DNA of 63,538 bases, filler included, from Craspedostauros australis (lineage: Eukaryota): assembly GCA_030167865.1 (NCBI GenBank). It is 15 parts of 15 records of this genome, joined end to end, with 100 filler letters (N's around TTAATTAATTAA, not from the genome) between each part and the next. Parts side by side here need not be neighbours in the genome. Positions count along the whole stretch, not along the records: positions 1 to 4,572 come from JALAGF010006387.1; positions 4,673 to 7,637 come from JALAGF010006388.1; positions 7,738 to 9,958 come from JALAGF010006389.1; positions 10,059 to 12,288 come from JALAGF010006390.1; 11 more parts are not named here. One strand, 5' to 3'. The stretch's first letter is position 1; each line of letters starts with the position of its first letter. Shown here piece by piece: positions 1 to 12,246 of the stretch. The translations under genes and the position numbers were made by a program. The notes under the pieces were generated by a model. The model was not told the origin of the DNA. It searched no databases and saw only the letters and a list, made by a program, of their open reading frames with translations.

Positions 1-537
1 AGAGGGACACACTAGAGAGAACATCAGAGATTCGGTCTGGCCATCGCCCGGCAAACATGTGATGTCCAATCCGACCTGATATACCTCCCAACTAAACCTG
101 AAATGACAACACACTCGACAACCTCAAGCATCATCAATGGAATGTGGAATCGACAGAGCCATGGAACGGTGANNNNNNNNNNCGACACAGAAGACATCAT
201 CGCCACATCATGGGTCATCTCCACATCAGAACAAGATCGCAGAGGTGCAATGACTGAGAGCTGACCTTGAAGAGAGCAACGTGAGATACAACTCAATGAA
301 GATAACATAGAACCAGAAGTCACTCAACCCAATCAGTGTCTTCACTCAACAGCTCGTCACCCGTGTCCTGAAAGACTTGATCTCTCTTGAAGGACTCGTG
401 TGATTTCGCTGTGTACGATAACGAGATAACAAGAGACGAGCAGACAGACAGAGAGAGAAGGTCAGCAGACAGCCTATCAACCATCAACAGCAACACCCGG
501 CGCGAGCGCACGGACAGGAACATCAACCATGACAACA
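1..537 (+). mobile_element. Partial LTR-like sequence, diverged relative of LTR family A, in opposite orientation to the LTR at 540-1325
   Basis: Short colinear matches to the reverse complement of 540-1060 (TACyTCCCAACTAAACCT, GCATCAyCAATGGAAyGTG, AACCAGwAGT, CTATCAACCA); ends in ...ACAACA at 537. Confidence 0.45.
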
Positions 538-539
538 GA

Positions 540-1325
540 TGTTGGCAAGTTCCGCTCACGGAAGCCTACGATCGTGGAAGACGGTGTTGGTTGATAGTCG
601 TTCTACTTGCTATTTCATTACTTGGCTACTCCGATCCTCTCTTGCCCGATGCTCTCGGCGCTTCAATCTGTTTCGTAGATTGAGTCTCTGACTATGAGTC
701 GGTGTGCGAGATCCTCTCTCGCCGCTCTTCGTATTCTCTCTCTCTCTCAACATCGTGTGTTCGTCGCACACGATACTCCGTGTTCGATACGTACTCCGTA
801 TTCGACACTCCGTTCATTTACTACTGGTTCCTACTCCATGAGTACTCACCATTTGAACTTCATCTTCTGTATCCATGATCTTGATGCCCTTCGGTCATCG
901 GATCTTTGCCTCCTGCTCTGACCTGAAGACAGATGCCGACGTGGTGACACGATGACATCCTGTCGACGTCAGTAGGCGTCCTTCTGCTCTCCAGATGTCA
1001 CGTTCCATTGGTGATGCAGTNGTCTGTCAGATGATATCGTCATCTGAGGTTTAGTTGGGAAGTACCTCGAGATTCTCTTGGTACCATTGATGGATGGACG
1101 GACGATCTTCCAATTCTCTTAGAAATCGTTATTTGCAAATTTCCTCCAGAAATTCTGCTCATTTTCGTGTGTTCCATTTCTACTGTAATTCTGACGAATC
1201 ACAGCATACTATCGACACGAATGTAGTTATACCGTCCAAGTGTGTATGAGAGAATAGCGGGTGAACGATGCACATATACNNNNNNNNNNNNNNNNNNNNN
1301 NNNNNNNNACATGTACATCTCGACA
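540..1325 (-). mobile_element. 3' LTR of a Ty1/copia element (family A)
   Basis: On the minus strand it starts TGTCGAG right after a polypurine tract GGAAGGG (1326-1332) and an RNase H C-terminus, and ends ...GCCAACA at 540. The 540-1033 part matches 44395-44906, which lies upstream of a gag. Confidence 0.8.
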
Positions 1326-1345
1326 CCCTTCCTGTGTGCATTCGG

Positions 1346-1485
1346 TCATTCGAATGTTCTCGATGTATCAAGGTACGACTTCTCATGTTCACGTTGTAAG
1401 TCGGCCTTGATGTTCTTGGTGAATCCGTCGCTTGTGTTCTGCTCGGATTTGACGAAAATGATTTCGATGGTTTTGTTGATTACCA
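1346..1485 (-). pseudogene. C-terminal fragment of copia RNase H, truncated by the nested LTR at 1486
   Basis: Manual translation VINKTIEIIFVKSEQNTSDGFTKNIKADLQREH...* matches the copia F(V)xSxxNxADxFTK motif. Confidence 0.8.
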
Positions 1486-2028
1486 TGTTAATAGAGCTAA
1501 ACTAGTATCCATCTTAGCGAGATAGACTACGAATCATCCGACTCGTCAGTATTCCAGTAGGTCGAACGAATACTTCACCGACCCCCACGTTTGGAGACAG
1601 ATCCAGAACCTTGAAGCAGATCTTCGGAATTCGTGTCAGGGAACCAATGGGGTTCCGATAACCAAGTTTCTGACACCCACCATCGCCAAAACGCTGACGC
1701 ACGGAACCAAGGCCACAGCAACGCGCATCATCGCCCATTGTCTCTCACAGAACTCAGACAACGGATCTCGACCCACGGTACTCGGGCTACACATCCCACA
1801 CGCATTGTCATACAGGACACCACAGGAGATTCCCCTCGAAGAGAAGAACCATAGCACTAATCTCATAATCCGCACGTTTCTTCACCATCTACCAGTATTC
1901 TNNNNNNNNNNNNNNNNNNNNNNNNNNNNNNNNNNNNNNNNNNNNNNNNNNNNNNNNNNNNNNNNNNNNNNNNNNNNNNNNNNNNNNNNAGACAACAGCC
2001 ATTACGTTTGGGCTCTATTAGATTAACA
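1486..2028 (+). mobile_element. 5' LTR of a CoDi-like copia element (family C)
   Basis: Termini TGTTAAT...ATTAACA form a perfect 7-bp inverted repeat, with subterminal TAATAGAGC/GCTCTATTA. It interrupts the RNase H abruptly and a gag ATG follows at 2066. Confidence 0.75.
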
Positions 2029-2065
2029 GTCGCAAAAGATTGTCAAGCTCTTAGACCTCTGCAAG

Positions 2066-4572
2066 ATGACCGTCACCAACCGCCTTCAGGTCTCCAACCG
2101 GCCACCTCCCAAGAGGAGCCCAGGAGACAGGACCCTCGCCTTCGAGACCCTTCCCGCGGACCTGAAGGACCCAAGCCTCTCTGCCATCCTTGATGGCACG
2201 CCAGGCTACCCAACGGCCGGGCCATCTTCGCTCTCCNNNNNNNNNNNNNNNNNNNNNNNNNNNNNNNNNNNNNNNNNNNNNNNNNNGCGGACCTGAAGGA
2301 CCCAAGCCTCTCTGCCATCCTTGATGGCACGCCAGGCTACCCAACGGCCGGGCCATCTTCGCTCTCCTTCGAGGAGATTGGAGTCAACTTCATCGAGGTC
2401 ACCTTCCGACACCCCATCATCGTGGATGCATGGAACCGAAAGGAAAGAACCAACGAAACCGAAATCGTGCGCCATGTCCACAAGACTACGTGGAACGCGT
2501 TCACGGAACTCAAGCAAGAGTTTCGGATCAGCATCGAAACCGCCATGATCTTTGATCTCTTTCCAGCCAAGACCCTCGCAGAAGAGAAGACCATCTCCCA
2601 ACTGCTGNTCACCATCCATGAAGAAGCCACCGACATGAACCCGGCATTAATCATGTTCAACCTCAAGCACCCGGACGACGTTGCAAGGAACTACGAGACA
2701 GGACTCCTCATCAACCACATCAGAGAATGGGTCAGATCCATCGAAGTTGAGGATGAATCCACTCTCGAATCCACCCTTGATGCAATGTTCACCGACACGG
2801 ACACCACCGCCAAAGCCATGGCAGACTTCTGCCGTTCCGAACGATGCGGCAAACGTCACCACAACCAAGCGTGGTTGAATGCCATCGGGGAACACAAGAA
2901 GGCACTCTCCAACGCATCCGCGACCAGCATCTCATCTGGGTCAGAAGCATCTACCCATAGAACCGGACGCGACAACGACAGCCACCCAGGAGGAACCCCA
3001 TCTGGGCTCTCCCTCCTGCTTGGTGGGAATACCCCGCACCGTACCCCACCCAACTTCCAGAACGAAACCCAACTCTCCGGCATCGCCAAGCAAGGATCAC
3101 AAAACACGTCACCAGTAATCATCGACACCCGTGGTACCACCCCGCCCAACGAAGATACCGAACCAGGCCCCGACTACGACCAACACCCTGGTAACGACGA
3201 TACCGTAGACGTACCCGACAACCGAGGTCCCACAGGACGGAACCGACTTTTCCCCAACGTAGACCCAGCAACGATCGGCGACTACAACCGCAACCCAACC
3301 AGCGCCAAGGTAGTAACCTTTGCCCCCGAAACAACCGCCAGAGGTCCAGGAGGGGCCAACGCACCCCGGATGAACTACCCAGAGAACGACGGGAACCATC
3401 CACCCCACGATCGGAACCCGCATCCCTACCACGGTACCGCGGATACACCAGCCTCACATGGCGTGGGTAACTATCGAGGCAACAACGGACACGAACCCGT
3501 GAACCGAAACCCTGCCAGCAATCCACCCGCGAACCTTGGGACAAACCGCCCGCACCGCGACAACCATGGACCTCCAACTAACCATGGACACAACGGCGAT
3601 AACCCGTATGGGCATCCCCCTAACATGGGAAACCAATTCCCTCATGGCCCACCGATTCCGATGTACCACGGAACCCACCCAGGAGGATTCCCGCCCATTG
3701 GAATCCCTATCCCCATGGGCCATTTTCCCCATGGAGCCGGAGGTTTTCCAATACCACAAGGAGCCTTCACCCCCGTTGGACACCCTCACCCCGGGTATCC
3801 ACCACGACCACCCACGTATGGGTACCGTCCAACCGATCCCACTGGAGGTTTCAGAAGATATGACCCACGCAACATGGGCCCGAACACCCCACACGGGCAA
3901 CACGAACCCGGGTATACACCACATCGAGGATCCACCCGCAGCGAACCACCAGTCGCCCAGGCCAAGCTAACGAAGCGACGCCCCATCCCGGACTCCGTCA
4001 AATTCACGAGTGATGCGGCATCCTTCCAAGTGGTGAAACACCAAATCCATGCCCACCTCCTTGGAAACGACATGGCGTACCTGATCAATGACCAGTTCCG
4101 GCACCGATACCATTCCCAAGGAATCCACGCGATCAAGGACCACATTGACCCGGTGACAGGAGTGCCAACAACCACCTCGCCAGAACAGGTTGCGAGCGAC
4201 GTCAGGACCCTATTCGCGGGACTATACTCCGTCTTCGCCGGCGGCCCAGCACATGGACTCGCCACCAGAGGACTCCTCACCGAGGACGGTATCCTATTCT
4301 GGAATGAACTCCTCAATACCTACGATAACGACTGGATCAGAGGAATGGAGGTCGACTCTCTGATGAAGAGAGTACACGATTTCAATCCCGGCAGACAGGA
4401 CCTGGGATCCTATGTGAAGGAGATCCAGGATATATTCGCGAACGTGAATTTCCTGGCAACCAACCCGGATCAACAAGTCTCCGACGCACAACAACGCCGC
4501 ACGCTCCTTAACCACCTCATCGGTTGCGACGACATCAACGTACGCACCATGGTCCGGAGCATCGAGCGAAGC
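2066..4572 (+). CDS. Gag-like polyprotein of a CoDi-like copia element (3' partial)
   Basis: ATG at 2066. Collapsing the gap-flanking duplicate (2156-2236 = 2287-2367) joins it to the 2422 ORF. The C-terminal part (KFTSDAASF...AYLINDQF...EDGILFWNELLNTY) resembles diatom copia Gag and is preceded by a long Pro/Gly/His/Asn low-complexity region. Confidence 0.7.
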
Positions 4573-4672
4573 NNNNNNNNNNNNNNNNNNNNNNNNNNNN
4601 NNNNNNNNNNNNNNNNTTAATTAATTAANNNNNNNNNNNNNNNNNNNNNNNNNNNNNNNNNNNNNNNNNNNN
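4573..4672. other. Artificial scaffold linker (44 N + TTAATTAATTAA + 44 N), first of 14
   Basis: The same 12-mer, with stops in all six frames, starts at 4617, 7682, 10003, 12333, 17095, 25548, 31256, 35209, 38694, 40448, 47160, 49419, 57947 and 60980, always embedded in N runs. Confidence 0.97.
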
Positions 4673-7637
4673 ATGCGTTTGTATTGCCGAATGACCCGCC
4701 TGCTCCTCCGGTTCATCGACACGGCCACGTAGCACGCGAAGGAACAGAAGAAGGACGATGGAAGAAATACTAGGCTGGCTGGGATTGCCTCATGGTGCAG
4801 ATCAAACGTGATCAGGGCAAGATCAGCGGCGGTCTCAAAATCTCCGAAGTATGTCGCCATCATGATCTTCATTCTCAGCAGTGTTGCTTTCAGAAAGTCG
4901 TCTCCTTGTTGCTCGTACCGAGGCATTGCTGTGACCTCGTCACACGCGTCCCCGACCATGATGGATGGATCCTTGGCGAATCCCCTCAGATTCAGTATGG
5001 CTTGCCAAGTCAGCTTGATACATTCCGCCTGCCGCATCTGGCCGAAGTCCGCCGATACTTTGCTGTAGGTGGAACAATCCATGTCGAGGGTATGGAGTGA
5101 CTTGCCGGTGAACCAAGACATGTCGATGAAGACGAACATGCACCACAGGGCCGATTCGACATCCCCCGTCGCCATTCCGATGCTGTAAGCTCGCAACAGC
5201 GATTTTCTCAAGGTTTCGAACGCCTGGGTGAATTGCAGCACGAAGGCGTTGCACAAGAGGATGACTCTGGCCTCCGACGACCGATCTTCCATCTTCTGCA
5301 CCATGTCGATTGCGTGGTTGGCGCAAACTCGACTCTCCTGTGATCGTCCCAGCGTCCAACCCAGGATCATCCCAAGGATTGCGAATGCGGCTGGGGAGTA
5401 CAGAGTGATGCCGTTGTTGAACGTCCGCCTCACGCTCTTCAGGAGGACCAACGGAAGTAGGCTGGGTTTTGTCAGGTACGCCGCCGTCGATAGCTTGTCG
5501 AGCACCTTCATCACGGCCATATCTGTGGGATCTATAGCATCGGGAAGCGTGTCCATGGTCTGTGGCGTCCATGTGTTGACCGTTGCGTTGAGCCGCAGCA
5601 GACCAAACATCGTGGCAATGGTCATGGGGAGCTTCCTCTTTGGGAACCGGNNNNNNNNNNNNNNNNNNNNNNNNNNNNNNNNNNNNNNNNNNNNNNNNNN
5701 NNNNNNNNNNNNNNNNNNNNNNNNNNNNNNNNNNNNNNNNNNNNNNNNNNNNNNNNNNNNNNNNNNNNNNNNNNNNNNNNNNNNNNNNNNNNNNNNNNNN
5801 NNNNNNNNNNNNNNNNNNNNTGGTACACTCGCATCTTGTCGATCATTGGGCAATCCAGCTTGATGACCTCGTCGGCGTATTTGCGAAACAGCTTCGTTTC
5901 TGAATTCATGAAGGCGCACTCGGTGGCTGCCGTGAAGATGTCCAAACTCATGGCATGATGCGTTTTCCAATGATTCTTCGGAAGCAACTCAATGGCATTC
6001 TTGAAGTACGCTGCCGCTGCGCTGAATGCCGCGCATACGACGGCCTGCGATCCTGCGGAATGATTCAGTTCGGCCAACACAAAGCGTTGAGATGCCTCAA
6101 TGCTCGTGAGGTTCAATTCAGCAAGTGATCGGGCAGGATCTTGGTCCTGTTCGTGGTGTCTTCGATTTGCGTTGCTGCTGTGAGTGTTCAGGCGCGTCTT
6201 GCTTCGCCGATCATCATTGTCGTCCCCATGCTGATCGTTGGGATACGAGTATGGCGGCACTAGATCCAGCCTGGCGTTGAGCAGGTTGACGACGATGAAC
6301 AGTGATCGAGCGAGCTCCGCCGATGATAGCCTGTCCAACAGTATCTTGCCGATCCGGAATTGCAACTCCGCCAATTTTGTATCGGGTACCATGTCCAGCG
6401 CCGATTCCTGCACTTTGTCATGTATGAAGGCGCCTTCGGTGACCGTGTTGCTGGATGCGCTATCAAGCGTGAGACCTGCTCCGCTCGCATCATCTCCGTC
6501 TCCAAGTCCACTGTCGAGTTCGAAAGTCCCATCGATCAGTCCTTCCTCTTCACATGTCTGCAGCATCTGCACCGTCCTAGCGTTATCGGCCGGTGGATCG
6601 CTCTGGAACAAGTCTTTGTAGAAGGCGAGATCGTCATTGGACTCGCGAAAGCCCCTGATCACTTGGCAAACCGACGCAATGGAAAACGTGGATCCCAAAC
6701 AAGCCGCGACGGGCAGGACGAGCTTCGCGTTGGCGACCTGCCGCAGCTTGGACCTCATCAACTCGACCACGTTGGTCGTCGCAGGACAGTCGCGCTGGAT
6801 GGTGTCGTTGTCCCATTTCCATTGACCCGTGGCAATGGAGCAGGAAAGGAGATCTTCGTGCACCAGCAATTTCATGAGCTGCTGCACGAAGAAGACGTTA
6901 CCGTCTGTCTTCTTGTGCACGATCTCTGCCAATCCCTGGGTGTCCTGTACCCGCAATTCGCTCCCCAGCAACTCGGCAAGCATAGTGTGCACGTGCTCAA
7001 CTGACAAGTCGCCCACTCGGAGGTGCGCGGTTCGGATGGATCGATCTTGCTTGGCCTGGTGGATGGATTGGAGCATGCGCTGGCACGGGTTGTCGTGGTC
7101 TGGGCCAACCAGGTTGGACCGGTAGCAGGCTACCACCATCAGCGACGAGATCTCAGTGTCGAGCACCCATGACTCGATCATGTTCAACGATGCCTTGTCG
7201 GCCCACTGCATGTCATCCGATACCCAGACCAGCGGGCAATAGTCGCAGATCACCTTGATGAACCTGCGGAAGGCAAACTTCAAACGATCCGACTGCTCTC
7301 TGTATCCGTGCTTGTTGGTTTCATCCTTCGCAATCACATGCCGCCGATGCGGAGTGCTGGATTTAGAAGTGGCATTGGCGTTGGCGTTAGTATTTCTACC
7401 AGTGTCGACACTTGCGCTCGTATTGGTGCGGCTTGCTGTGTTGCCGTGGGACGCACCGGACAGCACATCCGCGCCAATGATATCCTCGATGTTTGGCACC
7501 AGTCCGGATAGAACCTGCAGTTCGGTGACATCCAGATTCCTCACAATCCGATCGCGTAGATCATCAAAACAGCGACGATCTGCCGCGCTGAAGGATGACT
7601 TGGTGTGGAGGGAATGTCGTTGGCTTGTTCCGTTGGT
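4673..7637 (-). CDS. STAND-class AAA ATPase (AAA_16-like) with C-terminal helical/TPR-like region; partial at both ends
   Basis: Walker B PLVWVSDDMQWADKASL, LAEIVHKKTDGNVFF, AACLGSTF and FIHDKVQESA motifs. ORFs 5622-7544 and 4621-5970 are separated only by an N gap, and the frame stays open to the contig edge at 7637. Confidence 0.85.
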
Positions 7638-7737
7638 NNNNNNNNNNNNNNNNNNNNNNNNNNNNNNNNNNNNNNNNNNNNTTAATTAATTAANNNNNNN
7701 NNNNNNNNNNNNNNNNNNNNNNNNNNNNNNNNNNNNN

Positions 7738-8180
7738 TTGATGATCACCCCATCTGGAGATCATGGCACGTGTCAGCCAGGGACTAGAACAACTCAGAAA
7801 GGGCATCATCCATGACACCAATCATGACACCAATNNNNNNNNNNNNNNNNNNNNNNNNNNNNNNNNNNNNNNNNNNNNNNNNNNNNNNNNNNNNNNNNNN
7901 NNNNNNNNNNNNNNNNNNNNNNNNNNNNNNNNNNNNNNNNNNNNNNNNNNNNNNNNNNNNNNNNNNNNNNNNNNNNNNNNNNNNNNNNNNNNNNNNNNNN
8001 NNNNNNNNNNNNNNNNNNNNNNNNNNNNNNNNNNNNNNNNNNNNNNNNNNNATGCTGCTGCAGGAGATGCTACATGAGAAACGAAAGGCAAAGGAGCTGA
8101 AGAGAATGAACTCACAGTTCTGAATAGTACGATCTAACAACCAATTAGTTCTTACTAACACTAACCCCGGATTTCCAACA
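7738..8180 (+). mobile_element. Partial LTR family B1 (3' half), abutting a copia pol
   Basis: Matches the reverse complement of 20016-20423; ends TAACCCCGGATTTCCAACA. Confidence 0.85.
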
Positions 8181-9958
8181 TGCAGATGCATCCCATCATG
8201 CCAACAGACGACGACAAGACTTGCACAGCCATCACCAAGAATCCATCCAAGGAGATCAGCGCAGTGAACCTGCATCGCATGCTCGGCCACGCGCCACTCG
8301 AGACCATGAAGCGGACGGCCGCTCAGTACGGATGGAAGATCATTGGCGAGATGCCGGTATGTCGNGACTGCGCGNTCGCGAACGCAAGAGTGAANAACAT
8401 NCNGAAGGCAACCATNCCNAGAGCAACTCGCCGCGGCGAACGNCTCTTCATTGACATTAGTTACACTAAACACATAAGCTTCGGAGATAAACGCTACTGG
8501 ACCCTGATCGTGGACGACTGCACGGATCACTGCTGGAGTTTCTTTCTCAAGAACAAGAGTGACCAACCAGGGTACATCAAACGATTCATCCAAACGATCA
8601 AATCACAGACTGGTGACCAACAGATCATCTTCCAAGGTGACAACAGCGGAGAGAACAAATCCACGCAGGATATTCTCATCGATGCANNNNNNNNNNNNNN
8701 NNNNNNNNNNNNNNNNNNNNNNNNNNNNNNNNNNNNACAGACTGGTGACCAACAGATCATCTTCCAAGGTGACAACAGCGGAGAGAACAAATCCACGCAG
8801 GATATTCTCATCGATGCAGGACTCAACATGAAATTCGAATATACGGCATCGAACACGCCGCAACAAAACGGCAGAGTAGAACGCAAGTTCGCGTACCTCT
8901 ACACCAAGATCCGCTCCATGCTCAACGGAGCACAACTCGACAAAGAGTATAGGCATGGCCTGTGGGCAGCAGCTGCTAGCACTGCCACCGCCATCGCCAA
9001 TATCACTGTAGCGAAGAACCAGAAGGAGTCACCACATCGACAATTCTTCGGTAACGATCCACCATATGCGGATGCACTCCGCACTTTCGGAGAGGTGGGT
9101 GTTGTGAAGACTACCTACGGCGGGATCACCGCCAAACTCAAGAANAGAGGAGAAGAGATGGTGTTCATCGGATATGCACACCAACATGCATCAGGGGTCT
9201 ACAACATGTACAGACCATCGACCAAATCATTGGTCTGCTCTCGTGACATCAAATGGCTCAACCAATCATACGGACAGTTCCGTGGCTGGGCACCAACACC
9301 GAACATATCCAACGAAATAGGAACAACGGACGCAGACGGCTTCACAACCATCGGACGGAAGGGAGCAACGCCAAGGACTGCAACGCGTCAAACATCGGAA
9401 GCGAAGAGAGTATCTTTCGCTGACAGCAACAGGTACTACATCCTATCGGACAGAGATGATGAAGATGATGAGGACGATGGAGCAGTAACCCAACTAATCC
9501 ATAACGACGAGGAAGATCGGAGCGAATCCAATCATGAGGATGACGAGATCCTACCATCCGGCGACGAAGCCGATGATGACACAGGCGTTACTCCTCCGAA
9601 CACACCAGCGAGGTCTACACATGACACACTATCCAGACCTCCACCGAGCAAACCAAGCAAGCGTGACATAGCTAGAAAGGAGAGGATCCGACGTCACGAA
9701 GCACGAGGCAGGAAGGGAGAAACTAATCCCAAGTCAACTGCAGGGAAGAGTATTCCCAGAGCTCTGCGTGAGCTCGCAGACTTCAACGAACGAGGTCGAA
9801 AGGAAGAAGGCTATGAGAGCGAACCATCATCCGATGAGGCGAGCGACGAACTCAGCGACGAGATGATCGATGATTCCAACAACGAAACTACAGATGATGA
9901 AGAAATCATGGATGAAGGAGAGATCGAGATCACTCACCATAGTACAACAGGATTGTAC
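8181..9958 (+). CDS. Ty1/copia integrase region of pol (partial)
   Basis: HHCC zinc finger LHRMLGH...CxDC; DDE core LFIDIS / QGDNSGE / TPQQNGRVER; C-terminal MVFIGYA...GVY. The ATG at 8180 is created by the LTR end. Confidence 0.92.
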
Positions 9959-10679
9959 NNNNNNNNNNNNNNNNNNNNNNNNNNNNNNNNNNNNNNNNNN
10001 NNTTAATTAATTAANNNNNNNNNNNNNNNNNNNNNNNNNNNNNNNNNNNNNNNNNNNNAAGAGTCCAAATCCTGCTTTGTTTGAGCACTTTGGAAGCATA
10101 GATGCATCTTTTCGCATTTACAATGCCGATAGAGGGCGATAAGTGCATTTGTGTACATCAAAGCCCCAATTGAGGCACTAGCTACCGCTTGGCACAATTG
10201 CACAATCCCATACATACTCCGCAATGCCGTTTTTGGTTGTTTGTTTGCTTGTTTGTTTGNNNNNNNNNNNNNNNNACTCCCTTCATCGCTGTTGGACGAT
10301 ACATGCGCTGTCATGTAGTCCAGGTCGCGGACAATTGTGATGTTGCTCCTCCCTGGACGGGACTATTTCTCCCGTCCTGGAACCAACGAGCATCACGTTA
10401 CACCAGTACGACTGGTATGTTGCGATTCTTCTATCTACAGATAACAGTGGATTCATCGTTGTTGAGAAGGTCGAGAGGGCGGTGTAGGCCTGCCCTCCAT
10501 GGCAGTAGGGATGGGATGTGATGGTGTTGGAACACTGCTATTTGGCTTTTGTATGGTCGATTCTGTCTTGGTTCACGCCAATGCCACCCCTCAAGCACGG
10601 AGATGTAGAGGTTTGGGGTTGTTTGGGCATTGCAAATTGGGCAGTCTTCCATCACAAAAACAATCTTGCAGCATTCATC

Positions 10680-11995
10680 ATGCCACGAAAGAAGGAAAAT
10701 AATCCACGCTTCATGAAGAAGGGTGGGGATGCCAGGCAGCTCATCTACGAGCTTTCAAAGGACAGCACTCTCTGGTTTTGGGAAGCACGCAGACTGCAGC
10801 AGCATTTCGCATTTCTGACAAAAATACCCATGCAAGAACTTTGCTGCAGGATGGAAGGAGATTAAGTCACAGCTGCTACAAAATAAGATCTTTTTTGGTA
10901 AGTTGGAGTGCAACGATGGTGCTGGTCTCTCCGGTGATGTTCATGTGTGTGTGGTGCATCACTTCTCAAACTCTGTTTTTCTTTCCTCACTTCCCTCTCA
11001 TGAACACCAATCACTCCTTGTTGTGCGCAGACAACGGCAAACTCAATCCTGATGCCAGTGGCAATCTTGGCTTCAACCTGCGCCCATTAGATGCACCAGA
11101 TGGGTTCGATAATACCAAGCCGTCGAAGACTCCCAACAACGAACAATCTCCTCCCACACACCCAAACACGGCCACTGCCACCTCCAAGGTAGCAGCCAGA
11201 CCCACATCACGAAAGAACAGCCCCAATCGCGCTTCGTGTACTACTGAACTACAAATGGATGATAGTTCGGAATCGTTGAGTCCGGAGAGTTTGGAGAGTT
11301 CGCAGTCTGAGAGTGATGATGATGTCTACCATGGTGAAATTGAGGATGTCACTGCCAATTTCACAGAGAATCGCTGCAGCTCACCCACATCACTGATGAT
11401 CCGAGACCCGCTAAAAGAACGCTTCTCGCAGTTCTTTGGGATGTCCGAGAAGGACAAGGTGAAAGAGTTTTGCACTTTTCCCAAGACTATCGAAGCGTTC
11501 CATACATCACAAATTTGGACGCCGGTGGGACAAGCGTATCGCATGCTGGGCATTGACTTCTACCTACCTGCAGCAGCAACNNNNNNNNNNNNNNNNNNNN
11601 NNNNNNNNNNNNNNNNNNNNNNNNNNNNNNGGTGTTGTTGTACACCCCACCCAAAGCGCTTGGTGGACCTGGTGGAGTCGCGCAAGTCCTTGCATCACAT
11701 CTTGGTGGCTGGTATGGTGACATGGAGCAGAAGAAGCTTGCGCACGAGGGCCAGTGTAAAACCGAGCCCTTCACAGCAGACCGACGGTGCAAAATATTTG
11801 TGCCAATGCCGTTCCCAATTGATACTTGGTTCTGTGGCACTCCTTGTCGCACTGTCAAAGGGGCTGCAATCCTGCGCCACACTGTGAAAGATAACAGTGA
11901 CCGCGAGCACGAACATCTCATTCTCACTGTTCGTTTGAAGGAGCAAACAACGCGTGTGGGCGTAACATGCCGTTTTTTGGAGGACGACGACGTCC
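10680..11995 (+). pseudogene. Hypothetical two-exon gene, frameshifted; possibly a DNA-transposon accessory protein
   Basis: ATG at 10680 (MPRKKENNPRF). A frame switch near 10815 gives QKYPCKNFAAGWKEIK, which splices in phase through GTAAGT (10898) ...GCAG (11030) into ORF 10778-11887 and, after a gap, ORF 11632. No family recognised. Confidence 0.35.
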
Positions 11996-12192
11996 ATGCT
12001 CATGCGCGGAAACCTGAATCTGTTGGTGCCAACCAAAACCCCCACAGCAGCATCACATTTCCTCACACAAATCTCAGCACCATCACCATTTCCAACACCA
12101 ACACTCAACACACGGACACGATCCCAACAGCAGCATCCCACTCCAGCAATACTCATCCGCAATGGACCCTTCCACCAGCTACATTGGCAACT

Positions 12193-12246
12193 CCAGCACC
12201 AGCGCCCACACCAGCACCCACACCAGCACCCACACCAGCACCGGCA
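12193..12246. repeat. 12-bp minisatellite (CCAGCACCCACA)n
   Basis: About 4 imperfect tandem units visible. Confidence 0.8.

Noticed and set aside
10355..10377. Hairpin GGACGGGA-7nt-TCCCGTCC
   Set aside because: A single 8-bp stem with no supporting context is expected by chance.
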